Of a stretch of 64,000 nt of DNA, positions 28,834 through 37,130 are shown in pieces (position 1 is the first letter of the stretch; each line of letters opens with the position of its first letter). Under the pieces are notes generated by a model, which was not told where the DNA came from, ran no database searches, and was given only the letters and a program-made list of their open reading frames with translations. The position numbers were made by a program, and so were the translations under genes. The stretch lies in IMG/VR virus record IMGVR_UViG_3300022666_000111. The stretch is one strand, 5' to 3'. This DNA comes from a virus. Taxonomy: Duplodnaviria > Caudoviricetes.

Positions 28834-30138
28834 ATGGACGACCTTGTCACCTGTCTCATCTGTGGGCATCAAGCCCAAACCCTAGCAAGACACCTTAAGG
28901 CAGCGCACGGCATCACGGCGGACGCCTACCGGGAACAACACCCTGGTGCGCGCATTCGTTCGGAGGCTTGTGAGGCTAACCGTAGGGCTGCCATAGCGCA
29001 GGCTCATACGGACAAGCCGCGCACGGGGCTCAAGAAGACGATCGTGTGTCCTTGTGGCGTTGCCCATGATGTTGGGCTGACCTTCGCCTCGAAAGACCTC
29101 CGTTGCCCGGCCTGCAAGGCGCGGGACGCGCTGGCGAAGGCCGCTCAGCCAAAGGTGCGAGGCCCGTCACCGCTCAAGGGGCGCAAGCTCTCGGATGAGG
29201 TTCGGGCCAAGATGTCCGAGAACGCCGGGCGTTGGAACAAGGGTCTCACCAAGGATACGGATGAACGTGTCAAGGCTGTTTCTGAGCACCGTATGGGGCA
29301 GCCCTCTTGGAGCAAGGGCTTGACCAAGGATGACCACCCGAGCCTTCGAAGCACCTCCGAGAAGCTTTCGGCGCTCAAGACAGGGCAGCCCTGCTCCAAT
29401 GGCCTCAAGGCTGACCTCTCGGAGGTCGACTTCACGCCTTACTTGGACGCCACGGGGGCGGTTGACCGCAAGGCGATGGCCGAGGAGCTTGGCCTTTCAG
29501 AGCGTACGGTCACGGCCTACATGGAGGGCCTGGGGCTACGCCTCTCGGACGAGCGGACGCAGGTGCGTGTAGAGCGCGACCTTGAGAGCGGACGCTTCTT
29601 CGAGATGAGCCGCAAGTCAGCGGAGCTTACGCGCGTCGTGCTCACAGCGGAGCAGCTTGAGCCCTACCGGCAGGTCAACGGTAAGGTCGTCCTGGCGCAT
29701 GCCATGCGGGGCTTGGGGCACACGGCGACGACGATCCGTAAGGAATGCGTTCGGCTTGGACTCCCCGTCAGGGTACACGCCACGCAGCAGATTCTATGTC
29801 TTGAGGCCATCAAGGACGTCCTCGGCGGCGCTCCTTACGAAATGGAGTGGCGTTCGATGCGGTTTGTAAACCCGCCCACGGGACATCAATTCCGCTTTGA
29901 CGGCTACTTCCCGAGCCACGCCCTCGTGGTTGAATTCCAGGGGTACCAGCACTGGGTCTTTCCGAGCGTCTTCATCAAGCAGCGAGAGATCTTCGATGCC
30001 CTGGTCGAGCGAGACCGGGTCAAGGCGCGGCTCATCCGGGAGTCCGGTGACCTTCACTATCTTGAGCTTCGTGAGGATGAGCCCTACACGGACGCGGTTT
30101 ACCTGCGGGAGCGTCTTTTGGATGTCCTTTCTGTGTGA
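28834..30138 (+). mobile_element. Free-standing homing-endonuclease-like gene (Zn finger, NUMOD3-like, HTH, PD-(D/E)XK/Vsr-like nuclease)
   Basis: CLICG...HL...HG; WNKGLTK/WSKGLTK repeats; RFDGYF....VVEFQG.QH. Confidence 0.72.
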
Positions 30139-30176
30139 TTCCACTTGTAACCCGTTACAACTGATCAGGCTTGGAT

Positions 30177-30230
30177 AGGGTGCCCCCGTAGCCCCTCCCC
30201 CTCGGCGGGGGCACCCTGTCTCTTTTCTTT
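30177..30230 (+). terminator. Intrinsic terminator
   Basis: 12-bp stem AGGGTGCCCCCG / CGGGGGCACCCT followed by GTCTCTTTTCTTT. Confidence 0.65.
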
Positions 30231-30237
30231 CAATCCT

Positions 30238-30265
30238 TGTCAGATCGATCGAACCCCCGACGTCA
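30238..30265 (+). promoter_or_regulatory. ECF-sigma-type promoter (ECF41-like)
   Basis: TGTCAGA-N16-CGTCA, 8 nt before ATG 30274. Confidence 0.6.
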
Positions 30266-30273
30266 TGGGGGTT

Positions 30274-30591
30274 ATGACAATCACAAACCTTACACCCCAC
30301 GCCCTCAACCTCATCACTGCCACTGGAACCGTGACCGTCGCCCCTAGCGGCGCCGTCGCCCGGTGTGCAACTACCAGCGCCCCTGCGGGGGAAGCTGAAG
30401 GCGTACCTCTTGTGCGCACCTCCTATGGGGAAGTCGTCGGTCTCCCCGACCCCAGCCCTGGGACCCTCTTCGTGGTGAGCGCCCTCGTCCGAGCCGCTGT
30501 ACCTCACCGCGCCGACGTCGCCTCCCCCGGTGACCTCGTCCGTGATGCCTCTGGCAACGTTGTCGGTTGCCGAAACCTTGTCATCAACTGA
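30274..30591 (+). CDS. Conserved viral hypothetical protein (NLTPH family)
   Basis: NLTPH...PSG..AR...GLP......VS....RD..G...GC pattern recurrent in phages. Confidence 0.8.
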   Translation: MTITNLTPHALNLITATGTVTVAPSGAVARCATTSAPAGEAEGVPLVRTSYGEVVGLPDPSPGTLFVVSALVRAAVPHRADVASPGDLVRDASGNVVGCRNLVIN

Positions 30592-30613
30592 TCCAACGGT
30601 GTAGGATCCAGGT

Positions 30614-30877
30614 ATGCCTGGATCCCTCATGCACGACGACCGTGAGTACGTGATCGTCGCCTCAACCCCTAACTGGGTACGCGCTTCACACCTTGCCGAC
30701 GAGGTCCGCAAGCAAATCTATGGCTACGAGATCAAGGATTGGGTTGACCACCTTGAAGACGTCCTGGCCTACAATGGGCACACGAACCTCGTCCTCGTTG
30801 ATAAGGACGCGTGGGCCGCGTATGACCACAAAGACCGGCTCCTAGCCTACAGTCAGGGTTACGTTGACGCGGAGTAA
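30614..30877 (+). CDS. Hypothetical protein
   Basis: ATG 9 nt after CGGTGTAG (30597-30604). Confidence 0.6.
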   Translation: MPGSLMHDDREYVIVASTPNWVRASHLADEVRKQIYGYEIKDWVDHLEDVLAYNGHTNLVLVDKDAWAAYDHKDRLLAYSQGYVDAE

Positions 30878-30880
30878 GCC

Positions 30881-31123
30881 ATGAGTCAGGACTGGCGACA
30901 CATCGATGCCTTTTTGCGTCTTCGGGCAGAGCAGATGACGGCCAACCCGGACAGCTACACCCAGGAAGAGGGCCGGGCGCTTGACCGGGCGCTACGCACC
31001 TGCCCGACAGTCATCGACATAGACGTCGTTTGGGTGCGTTGGCGTTATGTTGGAGAGCCTCGAGGTTGGATAACCACCGACGAGTTGGTGACCACCAAGA
31101 AGGGCTACTGCTATCCCAAGTAG
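30881..31123 (+). CDS. Hypothetical protein
   Basis: GGAG RBS. Confidence 0.6.
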   Translation: MSQDWRHIDAFLRLRAEQMTANPDSYTQEEGRALDRALRTCPTVIDIDVVWVRWRYVGEPRGWITTDELVTTKKGYCYPK

Positions 31124-31151
31124 ACACTTCTCCTTGTAAACAGGCGGGAGT

Positions 31152-31487
31152 ATGCCCCCGCGCACCTTACGAGATCTCATCCCGCCACAATACCACGCCC
31201 CAACGATGCAGGACTTCATTGAGGGTGGCGCCGAGACACCTGTCGAGGACATCTCGGACTTTGAGCGTGGGATGCTCGCAGCCCTTCCAGGGGATGACAT
31301 CTCCCAGCACCCTGCTTACCGTGAATTTGCCGCCAACCCCTTCCGAGGGCGCAACCCTCAAGTGGTCCTTCGAATGCTCAAAGAGGGGACCATCGAAAGT
31401 CAGGCGGAGCGCAAGCAAGCCATGGAGTGGATCAACCTTTGTGAACGGTGCGGTGAGAAAATTCGAGCATATCGCCCTGATGGTTGA
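31152..31487 (+). CDS. Hypothetical protein
   Basis: ORF filling the gap before the helicase. Confidence 0.55.
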   Translation: MPPRTLRDLIPPQYHAPTMQDFIEGGAETPVEDISDFERGMLAALPGDDISQHPAYREFAANPFRGRNPQVVLRMLKEGTIESQAERKQAMEWINLCERCGEKIRAYRPDG

Positions 31488-31522
31488 TCCTCAGCCAAGT
31501 TCGGTGTAGGAGCCCACACGCC

Positions 31523-34500
31523 ATGGAAAACATCCCCCACACGGCTACGGAATTGGATGACGAGCGGATCGGTGAGCTGAAGGTCGCCGAGTACCTCATC
31601 TTCCTTTTCGCCCTTGATACCTACATGCGTTACCTCGAGGAGATTCGCTCCCTCAAGGTCAACACTGACATCGATCCGGATGACGCCGTCCTCAAGCAGG
31701 GGTTGGCCTTGCTCCGCATGGCAGACCGTGAGCACCTGTCGATCGTCAAGAACGAGATCGCCGCAAGCGTCACGAACCCCGCAAGCCTCTCCATGCTGGA
31801 GATCGCTATCAACTTGCCTCCGACCCCCAAGGGGGCAGCCATACGGACCCTCAAGCTCCGGACGATCCTTTCCAGGGGCGGGACCGCTACCAGCAAGGCC
31901 ATCTTCGGCAAGTCCACCAAGGCCCGGACGGAGATCCGTGAGGCTATGGACGCCGCCATGCTGGAAGATTCCGACGCGGCTCTTGCTAAGCTGGCGATGA
32001 TCGATATCCGAAACACCCGGCTTGAGAGGTGGATCGACCTCGCTTCCGAAACAGCACGCCCCTTGCCCATAGCGGACATCAATCCGGTGGCAGCCGCTAC
32101 CAAGGTGGTGACTGACTCCACCCAGACCCTTCTCGAGGTAGGTCTTGCCCGTGACGGATCCACGGCGGCCTCCGAAGAATCCGCCCGGCATACGAAGGCG
32201 CAGGCCGATACCCTCCGCCAGATCGAGGCCGACGCACAACACGCCGCCGCCAAGGGAATCACCAAGTCGGGAGAGTCTGATGCTCCCGTGACGCGTTCCG
32301 AAGCCATCGCCATTGCGACGACGGTCGCCGCAGCCCAGAAGGCTGACACGTCGGACATCCGCAACATCCCTCCGGAATTCATCAACAGCGGCTACCCTCT
32401 TGACCCCGAGCAGATGGCTGCTGCCCTCACGGACGGGCGTGTTCTGGTCGCCGCAGGCGCCGGGGCAGGCAAGAGCACCACGCTGGTGTCCCGTATCGCC
32501 TACCTGGTCAAGACGAAGGGCGTCAAGCCCTCTCGGATCTTCGCTTGCTCCTTCAACACCAAGGCCGCCAACGAGGTAGGTTCGAAGGTCGCCGCCAAGG
32601 TCGGAGAGACCGCCCGTGACCAGATGAGCATTGGGACCATGAACGCCCTCTTCGCTCGGTTCATCCGGGGCGACGTTCGACGGGGAATCCCAGCATTTGG
32701 AACGGCAGAAGAGCGCGAGCTTTTCACCGACGCACGGCTCATTGCGGATCCTGAGCCCCCCAAGACTACGAAGCAAGGGCCTAAGCCCATCAACATGACC
32801 AAGGCGATCCAAGGGATCTTCAAGCAATGCGCCTCGGCGCTACCCGCCTACACAGGGTGGCCCGCGAGCTGGTTTGAAGACATCCCCAAGGCGAAGAAGT
32901 GCAACCTCTTCGTCGGCGTCTGGAAGGGCAACGACGTGGACTACAAGCAAGCCCGCGCCAATGCACGATCCAAGTCCGAGAAGATCGCCTCCCTTTGGTA
33001 CGAGTTCTACCTTGGCCTCAAGGGCGACCTGCCTGGGTGGCACCCTCCCTGCCGCGTGTGCAAGTCCTTCGACAATTGGATGAAGGACTACCGCCCCGGT
33101 GGTGAGCGTCTTGGGGACCTTGACGACCAGATCCGGATCCTTCGCGACATTCTTCGCCGTGACCCCGAGGCTCGCCGAAGAATCCAAGGGATGTTTGACC
33201 ACATCCTGGTCGACGAAGCCCAGGACCGCAACCTCCTCAACTCCGAAGTATTCGACCTCATGTCGGAGCATATCACGGATGGGTCCGATGGAAAGAGCCT
33301 TTGGATCGTCGGTGACGACAAGCAGGCGATCTATCAATTCCGAGGGGCTCGCCCGGAGATCTTCTCGGGGTTGCACAACAAGGAGGGTTGGACGACCCGC
33401 ATGATCCGGACGAACTATCGCTGCGCGCCCGAGATCGTGGAGGCTGCCAACCGCCTTGCGGCCAACAACACCAACCAGATCCCCATGGAGGCGCAAGCGA
33501 ACCCTGACAAGCCGCGTGGCCGGGCTAGCATTGAAGTGGACATTCCCGAGGATCATGCCACGGGCGCAGCTAGAACGATCAGCCGCATCATGAAGGACAC
33601 AACGGAGCCCCCGATTGGACACGGGAGCCGTCGTGACGAGTACGCGGTCCTCTCCCGAACCAACCGAGAGCTTGACGACTACGAGACGGCTTGCTGCATC
33701 GCTGAGATGCCCTATGCCCGAACGGGCGGTCGCGGCCTCTTCGACTCCCCTGAATCGAAGACGGTCCTGGGCTACGTCGACTTGGCCTACGGGGTGGACT
33801 TCGAGAAGACTGTCAAGAGCCTCTCCGATGCCCTCATGAAACCTGATCGCGGGCTCTTCCTCTCCGCCGCCAAGGTCGCCCAAATCGTCGAAGAGACCCT
33901 GGGTGACGTGGCTCGTATGGAGGGTCGCAGCGTCAAGGACGTCAACCCGCTCGACCTCATCTTGAAGGAGCGCTACGCCCGAGAGCTTGCCCTTGCCCTC
34001 AAGACACCCTATCGCGCCAAGATCCCGGCCTTCGTCTTCGATAAGACCGTCAACCAGCTCACCCGGTCCCTCCTTGAAATGGGCGGGCAGGTCGTCAAGA
34101 TCCGCGAGACCCTCAACGAGGGCAATGGCGCCAGCGACGTCATCAACACCATCCTCGACGGTGTCTCCTCCACGGTTACAATGTGGGACAAGGACCTCCG
34201 CCGTGAGGTGTCGACGACCAAGACCCTCCGTGAGCAGATCACGGAGGACCTCGCGGTATTCGGGGATGATGAAGAGGAGGAGCAGGAAGAGGTCGTAGCC
34301 GAGCCGGAGCGGACCCCTGAAGGCGACTTGGTTCCGGTCAAGCCCTCAACGCCCAACCCTGCCAAGGGGCTAGGCGCCGTGCAGTTCCTCTACCTCTTGA
34401 GCGAGCAGAACAACACGGACATCCAAGAGGGCACCGACCCCTCAACCTCGGCGGGTTTCCTCAAGAAGCTCACCCGGATCCGAAACAACTCCGACAAGCT

Positions 34501-34975
34501 CCGGGTTGACCTCGGCAAATGGGCGAAGGCTCAAGCCGCCTTGCCGCCTGATCAGCGTCAGAAGCGACCTGACTGCATCATCCTTTCCACGGTCCATTCG
34601 GTGAAGGGTGCTGAATGGAGGGACGTTACGGTGGTCATGGCGCCAGGCAAGTTCCCCATCGAGCTGAAGCCTAGCAAGGATGACGCTCCGCCTACGCCGG
34701 AGGAGATGGAAGCGCACCTCCAAGCGGAGCGCAATCTGGGCTACGTTGCCCTTACACGGGCGGCGGAGAGCCTCACGGTCCTTTGCCCGCCCCAGGGCAA
34801 ACACACCGGCCTGAGCCGCTTTGTGATCGAAGCAGGGCTAACGGTTGGGCAGAATGTCGAGAGCCCCGAGGGTACCGAGGGCGCCGCAAAGACGGCCTCT
34901 ACTTGGGTTGATCATGGGCTTGATGTGGAATACATCAGCAACCTGGCGGAAGTGCCCGCCAGCTATGCGAGGTAG
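31523..34975 (+). CDS. uvrD: UvrD/PcrA-like SF1A DNA helicase with ~290-aa N-terminal extension
   Basis: AGAGAGKS, LVDEAQD, VGDDKQAIYQFRGA, NYRC, STVHSVKGAEW, ERNLGYVALTRA. Confidence 0.92.
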   Translation: MENIPHTATELDDERIGELKVAEYLIFLFALDTYMRYLEEIRSLKVNTDIDPDDAVLKQGLALLRMADREHLSIVKNEIAASVTNPASLSMLEIAINLPPTPKGAAIRTLKLRTILSRGGTATSKAIFGKSTKARTEIREAMDAAMLEDSDAALAKLAMIDIRNTRLERWIDLASETARPLPIADINPVAAATKVVTDSTQTLLEVGLARDGSTAASEESARHTKAQADTLRQIEADAQHAAAKGITKSGESDAPVTRSEAIAIATTVAAAQKADTSDIRNIPPEFINSGYPLDPEQMAAALTDGRVLVAAGAGAGKSTTLVSRIAYLVKTKGVKPSRIFACSFNTKAANEVGSKVAAKVGETARDQMSIGTMNALFARFIRGDVRRGIPAFGTAEERELFTDARLIADPEPPKTTKQGPKPINMTKAIQGIFKQCASALPAYTGWPASWFEDIPKAKKCNLFVGVWKGNDVDYKQARANARSKSEKIASLWYEFYLGLKGDLPGWHPPCRVCKSFDNWMKDYRPGGERLGDLDDQIRILRDILRRDPEARRRIQGMFDHILVDEAQDRNLLNSEVFDLMSEHITDGSDGKSLWIVGDDKQAIYQFRGARPEIFSGLHNKEGWTTRMIRTNYRCAPEIVEAANRLAANNTNQIPMEAQANPDKPRGRASIEVDIPEDHATGAARTISRIMKDTTEPPIGHGSRRDEYAVLSRTNRELDDYETACCIAEMPYARTGGRGLFDSPESKTVLGYVDLAYGVDFEKTVKSLSDALMKPDRGLFLSAAKVAQIVEETLGDVARMEGRSVKDVNPLDLILKERYARELALALKTPYRAKIPAFVFDKTVNQLTRSLLEMGGQVVKIRETLNEGNGASDVINTILDGVSSTVTMWDKDLRREVSTTKTLREQITEDLAVFGDDEEEEQEEVVAEPERTPEGDLVPVKPSTPNPAKGLGAVQFLYLLSEQNNTDIQEGTDPSTSAGFLKKLTRIRNNSDKLRVDLGKWAKAQAALPPDQRQKRPDCIILSTVHSVKGAEWRDVTVVMAPGKFPIELKPSKDDAPPTPEEMEAHLQAERNLGYVALTRAAESLTVLCPPQGKHTGLSRFVIEAGLTVGQNVESPEGTEGAAKTASTWVDHGLDVEYISNLAEVPASYAR

Positions 34976-34977
34976 TC

Positions 34978-35340
34978 ATGGCCTTTGTTGCGGTCACTCT
35001 GAGCGATATCACGCTCTTCTTGAACCGGGCCTTTCGGGCCTTGGACCCTAAGCCCGGCCCCGTTCGTTACGGGGAGCTGACGTATGACCTCGAGCTGAGC
35101 CCCAAGACGTTCATTCGGGTTTACACGTCGGTCCACCAAGGGGCAGAGAGCGCAGCCGGTGTAGGTTCAGATGCTATCCGCGTCGGGCTCTTCGGCGGGG
35201 CCAATGGTCGACCCCTCAAGTCGGGCAAGATGCCAATCGTCAAGCGCACCAACTCCTGGAAGGACACTCTCCGGGAGACCATCGAGGATTTCATCATTGA
35301 GTACGACGAGAAGCGAGACTACTGGGATTCGAGGTACTGA
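34978..35340 (+). CDS. Conserved phage hypothetical protein
   Basis: GAGG RBS; IRVYTS...G.DAIRV...RT..W motif. Confidence 0.7.
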   Translation: MAFVAVTLSDITLFLNRAFRALDPKPGPVRYGELTYDLELSPKTFIRVYTSVHQGAESAAGVGSDAIRVGLFGGANGRPLKSGKMPIVKRTNSWKDTLRETIEDFIIEYDEKRDYWDSRY

Positions 35341-35353
35341 GCTACACTTCAAC

Positions 35354-36088
35354 GTGGTGGTGAACCCCTCCTTGACGGCTGCTCCGGAGGGGTCAATGCT
35401 CTTTGACGGTGACCTCCTCAAGTTCTACCTCTCGCTGATCTCCGGCACCCCCCTCCCCCTCACGCTTTGCGTCCTGTCTGTAGCGAACGTCTCCACGGTG
35501 ATGGCGCTTGCGCTATTCCTTCACAGGGACCTGGCTATCAATCCTGCCACGCTTGGGGTTGTATCTGCCGTCCGTCTCGTTGAAGAGGCCCCCTTTTGGG
35601 GGCCTGCGCACATCGATCGTGACCTTGCTCGGTTGATTCACCACACCCAGCGCTACTTGTCCCAGCCCAACCTTCAGGGCGAGAGTATCACGTCAGCCAT
35701 CGAGTGGTTTCGAGACTACCTTCGACAAGGGACGCTTCCACAAATGGGAGCCTCACCGTCGCCGCCAGCAGTACACCTCACGGGATCCGATGGGTTCGTC
35801 CTGGCAGAGACAGCCGGGGCTTTCCAGCTAGGGTGGATTGAGCTATTCAGGCAAGGGTTTCTTCGTGGCATACTCATCGGGCCGGTCCGGGGGGATAGGC
35901 GGCCGGTGATGCTGGCTCGGAAGAGCCCTGTGGTTGCGTTTGACTTGAACCTCGCGGCACAAACGCTCAATTCCATGGAGGATGCTATGGGGGAGGATGT
36001 GAAGTGGGAGCTGAAGGGGGACGCTCTCACTTGTTCGGGGACGCTCATCACGATCCAGCACATGCTTATGTTGGCGACGCGGGTCTAG
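35354..36088 (+). CDS. Hypothetical protein (start uncertain)
   Basis: Open frame 35171-36088; first non-overlapping start is GTG ~35354. Confidence 0.6.
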   Translation: MVVNPSLTAAPEGSMLFDGDLLKFYLSLISGTPLPLTLCVLSVANVSTVMALALFLHRDLAINPATLGVVSAVRLVEEAPFWGPAHIDRDLARLIHHTQRYLSQPNLQGESITSAIEWFRDYLRQGTLPQMGASPSPPAVHLTGSDGFVLAETAGAFQLGWIELFRQGFLRGILIGPVRGDRRPVMLARKSPVVAFDLNLAAQTLNSMEDAMGEDVKWELKGDALTCSGTLITIQHMLMLATRV

Positions 36089-36273
36089 AAGGGGATGTCG
36101 TCGAAGTCAGGCGGGGGGCAGGGGATCGTGTCTCTGTAGGACAGCGGAGGAGGGGCATCGCTTCCACCGGGGGCGTTGCAGGCTACCTGGGGGACCAAGG
36201 CCGCCATGAAGTCCTCAAATCCACAGGGTTGTAGCTCTTCCACGCTTACCTTCTCGAATAGTGCGTTGCTCAT
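36085..36273 (-). CDS. Small acidic protein ending in SSB C-terminal-like peptide DFDDIPF
   Basis: 62-aa ORF fills an intergenic gap; ends PPPDFDDIPF-stop; no OB fold. Confidence 0.6.
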   Translation of the reverse strand: MSNALFEKVSVEELQPCGFEDFMAALVPQVACNAPGGSDAPPPLSYRDTIPCPPPDFDDIPF

Positions 36274-36334
36274 GTCCCTGGTATGCTGAAGCCTGCCACG
36301 GATCAACGTTTCTTTTCTATGCCGTCATCAGGCG

Positions 36335-37120
36335 ATGGCCCTCAAGCTAGTCACCGTAGCGACGGACGGCGTAACCAACCACGTCATTACCCCTGATGGC
36401 AGCCGGTACAACCTCGGAAGCATGCCCGTGGTTCGGCTTGTCACCACGTTGGTGCGCGACACACGTAAGGCGCGTGACGTCTTGAACGAGTTCCTGGAGG
36501 GTGGGTCTGCGTCATTTGTAGCCGACCTTGACCTTGTAGCGGATCTCTTCATGCCCCGACGTACACGGTGGAGCGCAGAGGCGTTTCCTTTTATCCCCCG
36601 TCAGAATCGACTTCCCGCGATACCACGAGGCACTACCATGGCTGACACGTCCGAAAGATCACTGGATCAAGCAATCTCCCAGCAAATCGACGAGATCGAG
36701 AACATGATCTCGATCATCGAGCAGAAGGCGAAGGAAGCCGAGAAGGGCTCCTTGTCCTACACGATGATGTCCGATGACATCGCGAACCTCCACAAGCTCG
36801 TTAAGAGCCTTGGAAAGCCCCCAACAGGCCAGAGCACCAATCATGCGTTCGCTTCGGTTGACACGCTCGAGTCCAATGCGCGTTTGGCAGAGGACATCCT
36901 CAACAAGCTCGACGTGACTCGGACAACCGTAGATCGATTGGCTTCCGAGGGGCGCCGGTTCAATGCCTCGGCGGCACGCATGGACCTCCATGTCATCGCC
37001 ACAGGTGTTCACAACGTTCTGACCAACACAGACCTGGCGATGCCCTACGTCACGGCCGACCTCAAGACGTTGGCCGACCGTACGGATCACATTCATGGCC
37101 TTTTCGCAGAGGCCAAGTAA
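36335..37120 (+). CDS. Hypothetical late protein (possible second start 36638)
   Basis: Preceded by T-rich motif; internal motif plus GAGG-ATG at 36638. Confidence 0.7.
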   Translation: MALKLVTVATDGVTNHVITPDGSRYNLGSMPVVRLVTTLVRDTRKARDVLNEFLEGGSASFVADLDLVADLFMPRRTRWSAEAFPFIPRQNRLPAIPRGTTMADTSERSLDQAISQQIDEIENMISIIEQKAKEAEKGSLSYTMMSDDIANLHKLVKSLGKPPTGQSTNHAFASVDTLESNARLAEDILNKLDVTRTTVDRLASEGRRFNASAARMDLHVIATGVHNVLTNTDLAMPYVTADLKTLADRTDHIHGLFAEAK

Positions 37121-37130
37121 GGGGTAGCCG

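Noticed and set aside
31400-33883. Long antisense ORFs (also 1235-2494, 21648-22739, 25968-27200)
   Set aside because: Shadow frames of GC3-biased + strand genes with no recognisable motifs
31523-34975. Intein or intron in the enlarged helicase
   Set aside because: No intein splice-junction or LAGLIDADG motifs seen; helicase motifs are colinear in one frame
35157-35173. CGGTGTAG 6 nt before ATG 35171 as the true start of the 35171-36088 ORF
   Set aside because: It lies in Gly-Val-Gly codons of the upstream gene and would force a 170-nt overlap; cannot be excluded but is unsupported
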